A DNA stretch of 64,000 bases, taken from assembly GCF_006345805.1 (NCBI RefSeq), contig NC_043000.1, positions 151,838,001-151,902,000 of the forward strand. The letters are read 5' to 3'. This document shows, piece by piece, positions 1 through 13,178 of this stretch (the stretch's first letter is position 1; the number at the start of each line of letters is the position of its first letter). The stretch is from Octopus sinensis (taxonomy: Eukaryota). The notes below the pieces were generated by a model. The model made no database searches. It saw only the letters and a list, made by a program, of their open reading frames with translations, and had not been told where the DNA came from. The position numbers were made by a program, and so were the translations under genes.

Positions 1-498
1 GATGATGGTGATGAGATGATGGTGGTGGTGGTGGTGGTGGTGTTGGTGATGATAATAATAATAATCCCATTCAACACAATTACTTCCATACTCTCTATTG
101 CTCCTATCATTACTGTCATGATTATTATCATTAATATTTTCATCTCTATTTTTATTTTACTATTTGTTTACACAGTGTGGGAAGATGAAAAGTTCTCTTT
201 TCATCAAGGTTGAAGATTTCGGATATTAAGTAGTTTCCTCAGATGTTTTGCTAGTTGCAAACATTGCAGTTTTCAATGTTTTGCTGCAGCTTAATTTTGA
301 GTGTAATTATTTTAGGTAAGCTGGAATCTTTCCTGTGAATTGATGCCGGTGTTCAAACCAATACTACTAACACACTTGTTTAAAAGTTTGGATCCGTCCG
401 GAATTTTCTGGAAGTCATGGCAATTAATATAGCATTCCCTAAGTATAGCTTGTTAGTTATCTAGAATATTTTCAATTGCATATTGCTATAACTCCACG

Positions 499-560
499 GA
501 GACGTATAATTCTAATATCAGAGACGTATAATTCTAATATCAGAGACGTATAATTCTAAT
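499..560 (+). repeat. 22-bp tandem repeat (GAGACGTATAATTCTAATATCA) x2.8
   Basis: Perfect direct copies start at 499, 521 and 543. Confidence 0.9.
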
Positions 561-587
561 TGTTTCTAATATAGATACAAGGCCTAA

Positions 588-801
588 GGCGACGAGCTTT
601 CAGGAATAGTCAGCACGCCGAGCAAAAGGTTTAGCGGCGTTTCGTCCATCTTTACGTTCTGGGTTCAAATGCCGCTGGAGTCGACTCTGCCTTTCATCCT
701 TTCGGAGTTGATAAAATAAGTTGAGCACTGAGCACTGAGGTCGATTTAATCGACTTTGCCCAATCCCCGAAATTGCAGACCTTTTGCCTAAATTTGAAAC
801 C
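588..801 (+). mobile_element. Diverged tRNA-derived SINE, family A
   Basis: Head GGCGACGAGC, B-box-like GGTTCAAATGCC, core GTCGACTCTGCCTTTCATCCTTTCGG, tail AAATTTGAAACC. Confidence 0.75.
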
Positions 802-2511
802 AGTATAGTTACAAGGGCCGAAATCTGAAGGACGGGTTAGCCGGTTGAATCGACTGGACTAACACCTTATTTTATCAAACCTGGTGGGAATAAAGGCAGT
901 GTTGGCTATTTTCAAAAGTATTTATAAGTATTGTGTCTACTGAGGTAACAACATATACGCCTTGCCTCAAATAGATTTAACAGATTAAAAACAAATATCA
1001 GAAAGGAAAATGGAAGAAAATGCAGATACTCATGTATCAAGTATCATTCGCAACTTGATACATAAAATGACGCTATCCAAAATTCTGACAATAGCATTAC
1101 TCGCGTTGTGAACCAGAAAGAATTTCTGAACGTTGGTCGGCTCCAGAAAATAACACGTATGAAGGATATCCTATGTGCTACAAGAGACAATGCCTTCTTG
1201 CTTGAAGAACTCTTTCAAAAGAAAAAAGAAAAAGATTTCCACATACCCACGAAAAAACAGCTAGAAGCTCTGCTTGATGTATTCGAGTGATAACTGTTCC
1301 ACCATCTGGAACAGGACAATTGATCCTGTATTGCTGGTCTTTGACCTCGAGAATGAATTGAGGAGACAAGTAGAATTGGTGCATCCGATTTGTATCTCGT
1401 GTATCCATATATTGCGACACAAACCGTAATATATAGATACACGAAATGCACGAAATACAAGACCACAGTGGGAGATATTGGTAGTCACGTTGGTCCTTGC
1501 ATCGTCCATACCTTTATCGCACAATACGGACAGGTATCAGAGTAGAGGATGGGGTCTGTAGGGCATGCTAGTCTTAATGATCTTCGAACTGTGGAGGCAT
1601 GAAGGAAAAAAATCGACTAGTGGTGTTGGACAAATACTCCAGTCGCTATACTTGTGACAGTACGGCCCACTTGAGGGCTTCCTACCTAAAGAAGTTGAAA
1701 AACTGAGAAGAGAAAACTGGCGGTCCACAGCAGAGGTAGAAGCAACAACATCTAGCCCTAGAAACCACGGGCCCTAGAACGCCACCGTTCATTGGGTCCT
1801 ATTGCAAAGGTGCACCGGGTTAACCGAAACACTATCAAGTCTTTGTCGGACCGCTAAAAGCGCTAAATATCTAATTCTAGGCTGATGTTGAAGGTTTTCC
1901 CGTCCACACTTTGCAAAACTGTTTGGGTGGAGATGATGCACTTCGATATCTGCCTTGATTTTTTTCGCATATCTCTTTGGAAGAAGTGGAGAAATGCAGA
2001 AACCTGTTTATTGTATATGTACATTCCAAAATATTCTTTTCTGAACATTTTGCAAGAAACAGTTTGAATTTTATGTGGTAGAAAGCCTTTATGACAAATA
2101 AAGAAATTTGACCGCAAATTAGCCTGCGCTAACTATGTGGCTGTAGGCTGATAACAAGAGCAAGGAGAGAGCACTTTCTTTGGATGTGTGAGGATAAGTT
2201 GGCGCTTTGTGAGTGTAGAGTATCCTGAATCATCCTAAATGCTTGTCCCTCGTGGTTCTTCTGTTCTGTTACTGCTATTTATTAATATCTATTTATTAAT
2301 ATACAATGTGGTATCAAAATGTTCCCAGACTAGTTCAGTTGCACACCAACAGATGACAGCAGTGACCTTCATGCAATATCAATTGTTTTGCTAATATCAT
2401 CCCTCTACTCCTTATTTCTTATATGAAATTGGTTTTTGTTTTATATTTTCTTTGGTATTTCTTTTTCACTGTCTGCAATGTTTTGACCCCTTGTGACCAA
2501 TTAAAATGCTC

Positions 2512-2515
2512 ATTA

Positions 2516-2564
<49 letters not shown>

Positions 2565-2612
2565 CATCATCATCATCATCGTCGTCGTCGTCGTCGTCGT
2601 TGTTGTTTGTTG
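2512..2612. repeat. Compound trinucleotide microsatellite (ATT)n-(CAT)n-(CGT)n-(GTT)n
   Basis: Read directly from the sequence. Confidence 0.95.
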
Positions 2613-2644
2613 TTGTATTGTTTTGAGCTAGTACAACTGTTAGG

Positions 2645-2830
2645 ACGACGGGTGAAATGCTAAGTGGCATTTCGTCCGTGGTTACGTTTTGAGCTTTAAT
2701 TCCGTCGAGGTTGTCTCTGCGTTTGATCCTTTAGGGCTCGATAAAATAAGTACCACTTGAGAACTGGGGGTCGATGTGATCAACTAACCCTATCCACAAA
2801 CTTTCGGGCTTTGTGCCTATTGTAGAAAGG
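2645..2830 (+). mobile_element. Diverged SINE family A, tail type 1
   Basis: Core motifs GTCGAGG and GATAAAATAAGTACC; tail CTTTGTGCCTATTGTAGAAAGG followed by (ATT)n. Confidence 0.7.
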
Positions 2831-3335
2831 ATTATTATTGTTGTTGCTGTTATTCTTGTCATTGTAATTATGGTGGTTTGTTAGAACGTCAGATAAAATG
2901 CCTTGCGGTATTTCTTCCGACATTCTGCCATCTTTGTTTTCCTAACTTGAGTTTCTTTCTTTTTTTCTGATCAGCAATAAGAGATAAGACGCATCCTTGT
3001 CTGTCTTCTGTCAAAGCTTGTTGCTCCAGCGTTCGCCACCTCACCTCGTCATGGCTTAACATCCTTTACCGTTTTCACTCTCTTATTTTTGTTTTCAACT
3101 TTGACCTTGATAAAACACCCGACAACTGATAAAGGGTCGTCCTTTGTGCTACTTGTCCTGTTTTCCATTTGTTTCTTTCGTTGTTCGCAGAAAATTTCGT
3201 ATCTCATGTTTTTGTATTTCGCATTTCATGTTGTTTTCGTATTTCATGTTGTATACATTCTATGACGTCTTGTACCCATATATGTATATGCATATACATA
3301 TATATGTAATATGTACAAATATGTATGTATACATG

Positions 3336-3386
<51 letters not shown>

Positions 3387-3415
3387 ATTATATTATTATT
3401 ATTATTATTATTATT

Positions 3416-3964
3416 GAGTGAGAGAGCAGTTCATGCCATCAAAGTGACACTGGGGTAAAATATACGAAGCCCAATATACCCATCATGACTACCCGTCTGA
3501 TAGGGCACCCAGGCACATGCATCACAACCATATGTGCGCGACATGGTGATCTCATATCAAGATAAACAAGCATGACCTGCAGGTGGGGCCCAGTTAGAAT
3601 TTTCTTCAGGTTGAGTAGCCCATCCCGCTCAAACGGTCCCTGAATAAGGGTTGTTTAAGGATGTTGAAAGAACCACCCATGTTTCCAGAGGTGAATTATT
3701 CAAACCCCAAAGAATCCCTCTCAACACATGGCTATGATGCTCCCCCACTACTTCTGCTCATGATCAGAGATGCACATATCGTCAGCCACTAAGGGACATG
3801 CTCAACTGGTTACGGTCAAACAACTGACAAGCAAATCTGTGGTATTGAGCAGAATATTTGCTGTATCCCATCTTTTATACCAAGACAAAACAATGTACAT
3901 GATAACACTTCCAATCAGTTAAGATCAGAAGCCATGAGGGCCATTGCCTGGTACTGCATCAGGG

Positions 3965-3965
<1 letters not shown>
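3416..3965 (-). mobile_element. ~550-bp non-coding retroposon-like insert flanked on both sides by (AAT)n
   Basis: Complex sequence between (ATT)n tracts at ~3390-3415 and 3966-4025; the minus strand ends ...CTCTCTCACTC(AAT)n; no ORF. Class is inferred. Confidence 0.5.
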
Positions 3966-4025
<60 letters not shown>

Positions 4026-4063
4026 TTATGATTGAACGCCACGCATCCATTTCCAAGTAAGTT

Positions 4064-4064
<1 letters not shown>

Positions 4065-4161
<97 letters not shown>

Positions 4162-4167
4162 GCCTGC

Positions 4168-4237
<70 letters not shown>
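4065..4237. repeat. (TATC)n/(TGTC)n microsatellite
   Basis: Read directly from the sequence. Confidence 0.95.
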
Positions 4238-4239
<2 letters not shown>

Positions 4240-4967
4240 ATATATATATATATATTATATATATCATATATAATATGCATACATATAAATATATAATATA
4301 TATATATTTTATGTATGTATGTATGTATTTATGTATGTATGTATGTATGTATGCATGTATGTATTTATGTGTGTATGTATATATGCATGCATGTATGTAT
4401 GCGTACATATTCGTATATGTATGGTATTTATCGTTGTATAGATGTATATATGTCCGTATGTAATGTCATGTGCGTATTATATTCCCGTTCTTTATTATCA
4501 TTTTCATTTTACCTCTGTTTTTTTCTTTGACATATCTCACATTGCAAACTTTGCTTTGACTCCCTAGTCACGATTCTTCATTCATTTGACCTAATTAAGC
4601 AATCATTATCTACTTAGATATGGCCTTGCAACAGACCGAATGTCCTTCTAGTATTTTAATAACGTAATGATATTCTGTTTGAATATTGACAACGTCAGTC
4701 ATTTATGCATGCAATGTCGGTTTAGTATATATTTCTAATTAGTTTAGCATGACAAGATTCGGTAGCTAATTAAATGACGAGACAAATATCGTATTTTCTC
4801 TTGTAGTTTTCGCACTAGTTTATATTTGATTTTAACTGAAAAAGAAAAGAAAAACTGGGGCACGAGTTATAGTCGGGACAAAGCTAAAACTACGAAAGAA
4901 GCTAATTCTACGAAGAATTTAATAATAATAATAATAATAATAAAATAATAATATAATAATAATAATA

Positions 4968-5290
4968 TTGTGTACAGTGCTCAGGTGCACTACACTCATC
5001 TAAAGTGTATGTATAATCAGTGTAGTTTCGGCGGTTTCGGAAAGCATGAGGGCCTTAAAGGATGCAGTGTCATGGCAGTCAACAACTGACGCACGCAGTT
5101 TTATTCATGCTTCAGCAACTCTGAGCATGAAGAAATGTTTCCGAAAGTCATGGGAGCTGTGTTGTTTTTTCTGACTTTGTAGGCATGTCCACGTGTGTTC
5201 GAACACATGGAGATCAAAAAGGTGTTCAGTGTTGTTGTTGGTGAGTGGTTGATAACTTTGTGGGTGTTTACCAAGTCCGTCGCCAAGAGT
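4968..5290 (-). mobile_element. CR1-type LINE 3' end (RT C-terminus, 3' UTR, (AAT)n tail), frameshifted
   Basis: Stitched frames read LATDLVNTHKVINH...NTRGHAYKV...DFRKHFFMLRVAEA, matching the CR1/L2 RT C-terminal pattern (TRGH.K...RK.FF..RV..AWN.LP). Confidence 0.8.
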
Positions 5291-5570
5291 TAATATTAAA
5301 TTAGGAATGTGACACATATACGAGTAAGTACGGTAATAATAATTAAGATAATTCTGGAGATGAGTTTGACATTTATCTATTCTATTCGGAGAAATTAAGA
5401 TAATTGCCAACCACATACTGCTTAAAATTCGATTAGCCATCTTTCATTCCTTGTGCGATCAGATTGAAGAACGATTCCTTCGTGATTTCTTTGCCAAACA
5501 TTATGTACTTAGGGAAATTTTGTGGAAGACCACAAAGATGGTTCTTCGCTGCCTATAATCTGAGTGGGTG

Positions 5571-5573
<3 letters not shown>

Positions 5574-5652
<79 letters not shown>
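5574..5652. repeat. (GA)n microsatellite
   Basis: Read directly from the sequence. Confidence 0.95.
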
Positions 5653-5653
<1 letters not shown>

Positions 5654-6162
5654 AGATTCTTCCTTCATTAGAACCAAATGCTTGGCTCGTACGCTGCACT
5701 AGTGAAGAACTTGGTATTTTATTTATTGACTCCAAAGTGATAAAACGAAAGTTTGCCTTGGCGGACTCGAACTCAGAGTGCAAGGAAAAGGAACAAATGC
5801 TACCAAAACATTCTATCTGACCTCAAACGACTCTTTCTAAGTTGCCATATTACTCAATCGACCATAAACTTTCTAAAATCATCAAACGATTAAGAAATGT
5901 GAATTAGTGTACATCCTGCCGTTTAGATTACCGAGCGAGCCCAAAATATGTAAAAGTTATTCAACTTTCCTATTGCATTGTTAGAAGCTACCACCCTTTC
6001 CTTTTTGGTTTGTAATTTTACTTTTCCAATATTAATTTTCAAATGATTTTGTCAGAATTCTACATATAATGATGACTGAAAAACGAATGTCATACTTCAT
6101 CGGGTAACTGTGCTTAATTAACTTGAAATATACCCTACCGGATGATGTTCAGTCTTAGTATT

Positions 6163-6743
6163 CTTTTCTACTCTATGCACAAGGCCCGAAATTTTGAGGG
6201 AGGGGGAACCAATCGTTTAGGTTGACCAGTACGCAACTGGTACTTAATTTATCTCGAAAGGATGAAAGGCAAAGTCGACCTCGGCGGAATTTGAACTCAG
6301 AACGTAACGGCAGACGAAATACCGCTAAGCATTTCGCCCGGCGTGCTAACGTTTCTTATTTCTTTACTGCCCACAAGGGGTTACATACAGAGGGAACAAA
6401 CAAGGATAAACAAACGGATTAAGTGGATTATATCGACTCCAGTGCGTAACTGGTACTTAATTTATCGACCCCGAAAGGATGAAAGGCAAAGTTGACCTCG
6501 GCGGAAATACCTATTTCTTTACTACCCACAAGGGGCTAAACACAAAGAGGACAAACAAGGACAGACAAACTGATTAAGTCGATTATATCGACCCCAGTGC
6601 GTAACTGGTACTTAATTTATCGACCCCGAAAGGATGAAAGGCAAAGTCGACCTCGGCGGAATTTGAACTCAGAAGGTAACGGCAGACGAAATACGGCAAC
6701 GCATTTCGCCCGGCGCGCTAACGTTTCTGCTAGCTCGCCGCCT
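6163..6743 (-). mobile_element. SINE family A trimer (tail2-tail2-tail1)
   Basis: Three cores; 17-bp TSD TGTTCAGTYTYAGTATT at 6146-6162 and 6744-6760 (2 mismatches). Confidence 0.85.
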
Positions 6744-6821
6744 TGTTCAGTTTCAGTATTAAGACCAATACCTCGTTATTCTAAAGAAAGAACAATAGAA
6801 AAACGAAAGAATTAAATGCAT

Positions 6822-7150
6822 CTCTGTCGGTTTCGACGACGAGGATTCCATTTTCTGATCAATTGAATTACCTGCTCATTGAATTAACGTGTAAGTGGTT
6901 GAGTATTCCACAGACTTATGTACCATTAACATAATTGTTAGGTGTAATCAATGCGTTAGATGTGTAACAAGGCTGGACTTTAGAACTACAAGTACAATCC
7001 ATCTTTAGCGTGTCCTTATCTAAATCTACTCACAAAGCCGGAGTCAACCCGAGGTAATGAGAAATGACACTTGCCATAATTCCACACCGTGGAATCGAAC
7101 CTGGGATCTCGTGGTTGGGAAGCGAACTTCTTAACCATTCGGTTATGCTG
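6822..7150 (-). mobile_element. Highly diverged SINE with family C-like 3' part
   Basis: GTCGGTTTCGACGACGAGG and AATTAACGTGTAAGTGGTTGAG match the family C tail; a tRNA-like B box lies at ~7095. Confidence 0.55.
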
Positions 7151-8106
7151 CGCCCGGAAAGAACAATACACCACTTCAGTGTATCTTACAATCCGGCCTC
7201 CCAATGGGCAAAGTCAGTTTAGCTTATTTTAGAATCAGAGGAAGATTTTTGGATTTCTATATTTTTATTCGTAGTTTGTGCCATCCGAGATTTCTTGAAA
7301 CAACAAACATACATGTACTTTTGAGCTGATGGAATTGATACGAACCATGTTTCGTAAGGACAAAAGCACGAGGGAAAGATGTAGGTGATATTTAACACTG
7401 TCAATTGTTATTATATAAAGTTTCTGAAAACATTTAGGTTGTTTGGAAAGGGTGATAAGATAAAGAATCAATTCTGTCTATTTGAAATACTTTGGTAGTA
7501 CAGTAAAATATTTATCAGAAATTAGAAAACTGTAATGTTATGACGTCTATGCTTTTCAATAGGACATTGGCTTTGAGTAAAATGTAATACCTAGAACCGA
7601 GAAATGAAGTTTGTTTTGGGATAGTTTTTTACGCTATTCTTTTTAAACTAGATCTATTTTGCCATTTGTAAACAAAATTACTTTGTATCTTTCGCTTACT
7701 TGACAAAGCTTGCAACTCGGCCGAGAAAAACAAAATTTGTTTTTTATTCTAAAAGAAGTATCATAGGAGTGAAAGGAAAGCGTGGAGAAGAATTGAGACA
7801 CTATTGCCAAAGATGTGGCGTTCATTGACCCACTCTTTGGCAACACAACAATATAAAATAAAAAACAAAATATGAATAGATTTATATTACATACAGAAAA
7901 TTATAGTACTAGTTTTGAGTTCTGGAACTGACTTATAAACAGAGCTAAGAAAGCCAACCTAAATTGGGCTAACGAGGACCGCTCAGCTCTACACGGAAGG
8001 CAGAGTTGTATGTAACAGCTGCTAAATCTTTTTCATATCCCAGTCAACCACCTTAAAGAAGGAAATATTGAATAACTTAATCTTTATAGTTGGTCATATC
8101 TAAAAT

Positions 8107-8494
8107 AGTGGAGGCGCAATGGCCCAGTGGTTAGGGCAGCGGACTCGCGGTCATAGAATCGCGGTTTCGATTCCCAGACCGGGCGTTGTGATGTTTATTG
8201 AGCGAAAACACCTAAAGCTCCGCGCGGCTCCGGCAGGGGATGGTGGTGATCCCGCTGTACTCTTTCACCCCAACTTTCTCTCACTCTTACTTCCTGTTTC
8301 TTTGTGTACCTGTAATTTCAAGGGGTCGGCCTTGTCACTCTCTGTGTCACGCTGAATATCCCCGAGAACTATGTTAAAGGTACACGTGTCTGTGGAGTGT
8401 TCAGTCACTTACACGTTAATTTCACGAGCAGGCTGTTCCGTTGATTCGGATCAACCGGAACCCTCGTCGTCGTAACGAACGGAGTGCTTCCACA
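8107..8494 (+). mobile_element. Full-length tRNA-derived SINE, family C
   Basis: A box TGGCCCAGTGGTTAGG, B box GGTTTCGATTCCC; 12-bp TSD CATATCTAAAAT at 8095-8106 and 8495-8506. Confidence 0.92.
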
Positions 8495-8905
8495 CATATC
8501 TAAAATGTTTTGACCAACGCCTTCTTTTTCAGAGTTGATCTGGAATAAACAACATCACTTGATGCATATTTTTTTAGTTGACTTATAGAATCACTGAAGT
8601 AAAAGACAGCAATAAGCTTGGAGTCTTCAGAATATATCGACTGGGTAAAACTCATCTCTCTCTATAATAATTGAAGAGTGATTCGATTCTTCTAATACCA
8701 CTAAAAATGAAAATGACTGCTATCAATAAATAGATATTTTGGACAAGGTAAGGTTTTCAGACTGGATATGCAAACTGTAAGTATGGACATATCATAACCA
8801 TATATAGCTTCAAATAGACAGCCGTTGAGCCACTGACAAATGTCTCACACAAGATTTTGGAATGTGGTTCGTCCAATGCAGATCATTGTTGACAATAAGA
8901 TTACA

Positions 8906-9062
8906 TATGTATGTACGTACGTACGTACGTACGTACGTACGTATGTATGTATGTATGTATGTATGTATGTATGTATGTATGTATGTATGTATGTATGTAT
9001 GTATGTATGTATGTATGTATGTATGTATGTATGTATGTATGTATGTATGTATGTATGTATGG
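8906..9062. repeat. (TACG)n-(TATG)n microsatellite
   Basis: Read directly from the sequence. Confidence 0.95.
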
Positions 9063-9335
9063 ATGGACGGTTTCGTTAGATCATTAGATCGTCCCAGATA
9101 AGTGAAATGCATTCCAGCCATGACTATTCTGTCTTTCCAAGGTGGACTACATTGTCCAATGTCTTCTTTTCTTTCCTACAACAGTCGGCTGTGATTTGAG
9201 GGAAGATTCTTTATTGTTGTTACTTAGACTCAAATTACTTTTAAGTGAGAAGAGCTTTGATAAAAGGCATTCAAGCCACGACCTTTCAGTTCTTCTCTCG
9301 AGCACTTCGTATCGAGAACTACATTATCCAGTGTG

Positions 9336-9409
9336 TCCCTCCCTTTTGTGATAGTAAAATGTAAATCCCCCATCCCTCCCTTTTGTGATAGTAAAATGTA
9401 AATCCCCCA
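9336..9409 (+). repeat. Perfect 37-bp tandem duplication
   Basis: TCCCTCCCTTTTGTGATAGTAAAATGTAAATCCCCCA at 9336-9372 and 9373-9409. Confidence 0.95.
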
Positions 9410-9444
9410 GACATTACTGCCGTCGGGTTCTAGGACTCACAAGT

Positions 9445-9670
9445 CCAGTTACCAGGTTTCCATAGAATATAAGTAACCGAGATCACAACATTTCCCCCTG
9501 AACAGAACGCCAGTCCGTTGCAGGGTTACTTATATACAGCTGAGTGAAATGGAGCAACGGGAAATGAAGTGTTTTACTCAAGAACGCAACACACCGCCAT
9601 ATTTGGGAATCGAAACCACGATCTTGTGATTGCGAGTACAACACCCTAGACACTAAGCCACGCACCTTCA
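9445..9670 (-). mobile_element. tRNA-derived SINE with V/Meta-like central domain (family D)
   Basis: A box TGGCTTAGTG, B box GGTTTCGATTCCC, then TTCTTGAGTAAAACACTT and AACCCTGCAACGGACTGGCGTTCTGTTCAGGGG, which resemble conserved V/Meta SINE domains (from recall, not aligned). Confidence 0.6.
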
Positions 9671-10034
9671 CCTTTTCAGGATTGGACTATGTCATTTTAG
9701 GAATGTTTGGTTGCTATAATTATCTACCATGTCAAGCAAGCTACAACCCTCGGACACAAAAGCCAATGGGGCCCAATTTGTCTGAGAATGCTACAGATAC
9801 ACTGAATTGTCCGTGACCTTGTTGAATATACTCTTTTAAGAAAGAAATATATCGGAGTGTTTGATTGTTTCCTCTTTCTTGCACGTTAAGTAATCTGTCC
9901 TGAAGCTAATGACTCACACGTTAATAATGCAGTGTGTTCCTTCACTGGTTAGAGTAAGGAATCTCTTCTAAACATGAACACGTTACCTATTTACTGCTAG
10001 GCGAGTTAAGCTGGCAGGAAATAAATTGTCATTA

Positions 10035-10039
10035 TTATC

Positions 10040-10138
<99 letters not shown>

Positions 10139-10148
10139 TATTATCATT

Positions 10149-10189
<41 letters not shown>

Positions 10190-10190
10190 T
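10035..10190. repeat. (ATT)n-(ATC)n microsatellite
   Basis: Read directly from the sequence. Confidence 0.95.
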
Positions 10191-10195
10191 ATTAA

Positions 10196-10384
10196 GGCGG
10201 CGAGCCGGCAGAATCGTTAGCACGCCGGCCCATCGCTACGTTCTGAGTTCAAATTCTGCCGCGGTCGACTTTGCTTTTCATCCTTTCGGGGTCGATAAAA
10301 TAAGTACCAGTTGAACACTGGGGTTGATGTAATCGACGCATCCCCTCCTCCCAAATTGCTTCCCTTGTGGCAAAATTTGAAACT
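10196..10384 (+). mobile_element. SINE family A with internal head deletion, tail type 3
   Basis: GGCGGCGAGCCGGCAGAATCGTTAGC head, core, and CCCTTGTGGCAAAATTTGAAAC(TAT)n tail. Confidence 0.85.
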
Positions 10385-11054
10385 ATTATTATTATTATTA
10401 TTATTATTAGAGTACAGAGTGTTCGTGGTATCAACTGTATACGAACTAAAGAGAACGATAGTTAAAGAGAGGGAAGTAAAGAGGGAGAGGAAGAGGGGAG
10501 AGAGAAAGAGAAACAGCGACAGACACAGACAGACAGGCAGACAAATCGACTGATAGGTAGACAGATAGGGAAATGTACAACATTATCAAACCGGTCGGCT
10601 GCAGCACCGGAAATGAAACTACGAACAACGATTAGATTAGGTGATAAAACGACGACATCCAGTTTCTTGATCTTCACAACTAAAATGCTAAATGGAACTC
10701 ACGCAGGTTTCTCGGCTGCGTCTATAATATAAACAATATATCAAAGCCATAAAAATAGAATTCTTCACACTTCTGTAAATTAATGGAGATTGTAATTCTA
10801 CTTGCGGAAACTGTCGAACTGATGAGCACCGGAGGTGCTACCTTTGAACTAATTATTCAATATTTTGCATCTGACTAAAGCCATTTGCATTCTGGGTTAA
10901 TGAAATGCTCTGGATTTAAACATCTCAGGCTCTAAATTTGGTCGTCACATAAAGGTTTTTTTATTTAGATATCGCGAGCTTATACGGTGAGCCCTTAGTC
11001 ATAAAGATGAGTATCTTGTCGTTGGCAATACAGTGGTTAGTGACAGCCGTTTAG

Positions 11055-11499
<445 letters not shown>

Positions 11500-11889
11500 A
11501 TCTCTCTGGACAGACAGACGCAAGTCACAATGGGCTCCACGTAAGTTGGTATTTTTATACGTTCAAAAGTATATATTGACAAATATTTTGTGTTTAAAAG
11601 TTGTGCAACAACATCCACTGCAAACCTTTGATAAATATCTACAACAAATTTTGCCCCTTTGTGGCAAAATTAAAATAAAACTTCTCATAGCCTTCGTGGT
11701 TTCATTTAGCCATTTTATTTCCAAAATGGCCACTGGTCTCCACGAGGCTGAGGTGCAAGTCAAGCGTGACGCAGAGACAGAAAAATAGGATGCTCTGTTA
11801 GCATACGCTGAACCTGACAACCACACCACCACTCCACCATCCACCCACCACAACATCGACACAACAACAAATACAAAGCAAAGGTCGCA

Positions 11890-11989
11890 NNNNNNNNNNN
11901 NNNNNNNNNNNNNNNNNNNNNNNNNNNNNNNNNNNNNNNNNNNNNNNNNNNNNNNNNNNNNNNNNNNNNNNNNNNNNNNNNNNNNNNNN
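11890..11989. other. Assembly gap (100 N)
   Basis: Exactly 100 Ns, typical of an unsized scaffold join. Confidence 0.98.
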
Positions 11990-12268
11990 ATGTGTAGGAG
12001 TTTTTGTCTACTTATTACTTGGATAGTTTCAGTTGAACCAGTAGACGACAACCAATATTTAAACTACCCACTAATAAGGGTAGTTTGAATATTTAGGACA
12101 ATACAGACCATGCAGACTGGCAGAGGATAAAATTTTTTACATTCTGTAGTAAACTCAAGAAGATGACAGTTATTAATATCCAGTTTGTTCAGTTTCACTC
12201 TATTTGAAGTTGCTTCAATAATGGAATACAAAAGTTTAAGCGTATTTTTTTTGTTAAATGATTGATTA

Positions 12269-12658
12269 ATAATATAGGAGTACTCCGTCGGTTACGACGA
12301 TGAGGGTCCCAGCTGATACGATCAACGGAACAGCTTGCTCGTGGAATTAACGTGTAAGTGGCTGAGCACTCCACAGACACGTGTACCCTTAACGTAGTGC
12401 TCGGGGATATTCAGCGTGACACAGAGAGTGACAAGGCCGGCCCCTTGAAATACAGGTACAACAGAAACAGGAAGAAAGAGTGAGAGAAAGTTGTGGTGAA
12501 AGAGTACAGCAGGGTTCACCACAACCCCCTGCAGGAGCCTTGTGAAGCTTTAGGTGTGTTCGCTCAATAAACACTCATAATGCCCGGTCTGGGAATCGAA
12601 ACCGCGATCCTATGACCGCGAGTCCGCTGCCCTAACCACTGGGCCATTGCGCCTCCAC
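12269..12658 (-). mobile_element. Full-length SINE family C
   Basis: Reverse complement of the 8107 element; 13-bp TSD AAATGATTGATTA at 12256-12268 and 12659-12671. Confidence 0.92.
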
Positions 12659-12943
12659 AAATGATTGATTAGTGTCCACGTTGCAACGGGAAATTTCTAC
12701 AAAGAATTTCGCAGACCCTAAGAATGCAATTTTTCACCGGTTGATAGAAGAATGGACAATACTAGGCGATATTCATTTTCCTATTTCTTTTCTTTGTTTT
12801 ATCTGTTTTAGAATTAGATCTGCTCCTCCTATCCCAGTCTGTATTAAAAAAAGATGGATGCATGTAGCACGGATGCTGGGTGTGAAAGGCCCTGCATGAA
12901 CACGCCATGATCACCTACCAAAAGGTTTCAGTTAAAATAACAG

Positions 12944-13178
12944 GGCGGCGAGCTGGGAGAATCGTTAGCACGCCGGGCGAAATGCGTAGCCGTATTTCGT
13001 CTGCCGTTACATTCTGAGTTCAAATTCCGCTGAGGTTGACTTTGCCTTTCATCCTTATGGGGTCGATAAATTAAGTACCAGTTACGCACTGGGGGTCGAT
13101 GTAATCGACTTAATCCGTTTGTCTGTCCTTGTTTGTCACCTCTATGTTTAGCCCCTTGTGGGTAGTAAAAGAAATGAA
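12944..13178 (+). mobile_element. SINE family A monomer, tail 2
   Basis: Full head, core and tail; TSD TTAAAATAACAG at 12932-12943 and 13179-13190. Confidence 0.92.

Noticed and set aside
16-213. Hydrophobic ORF as a membrane protein
   Set aside because: It derives from GGT/GAT/ATT low-complexity sequence.
8107-8190. tRNA gene calls at SINE heads (families A-D)
   Set aside because: They have A and B boxes but no complete cloverleaf, and they continue into SINE bodies with TSDs.
10807-10838. GAAAC-T-GTC-GAA-CTGATGA-GCACC/GGTGC hammerhead-like words
   Set aside because: Helix I cannot form and helix II is not followed by GAAA, so the topology is incompatible.
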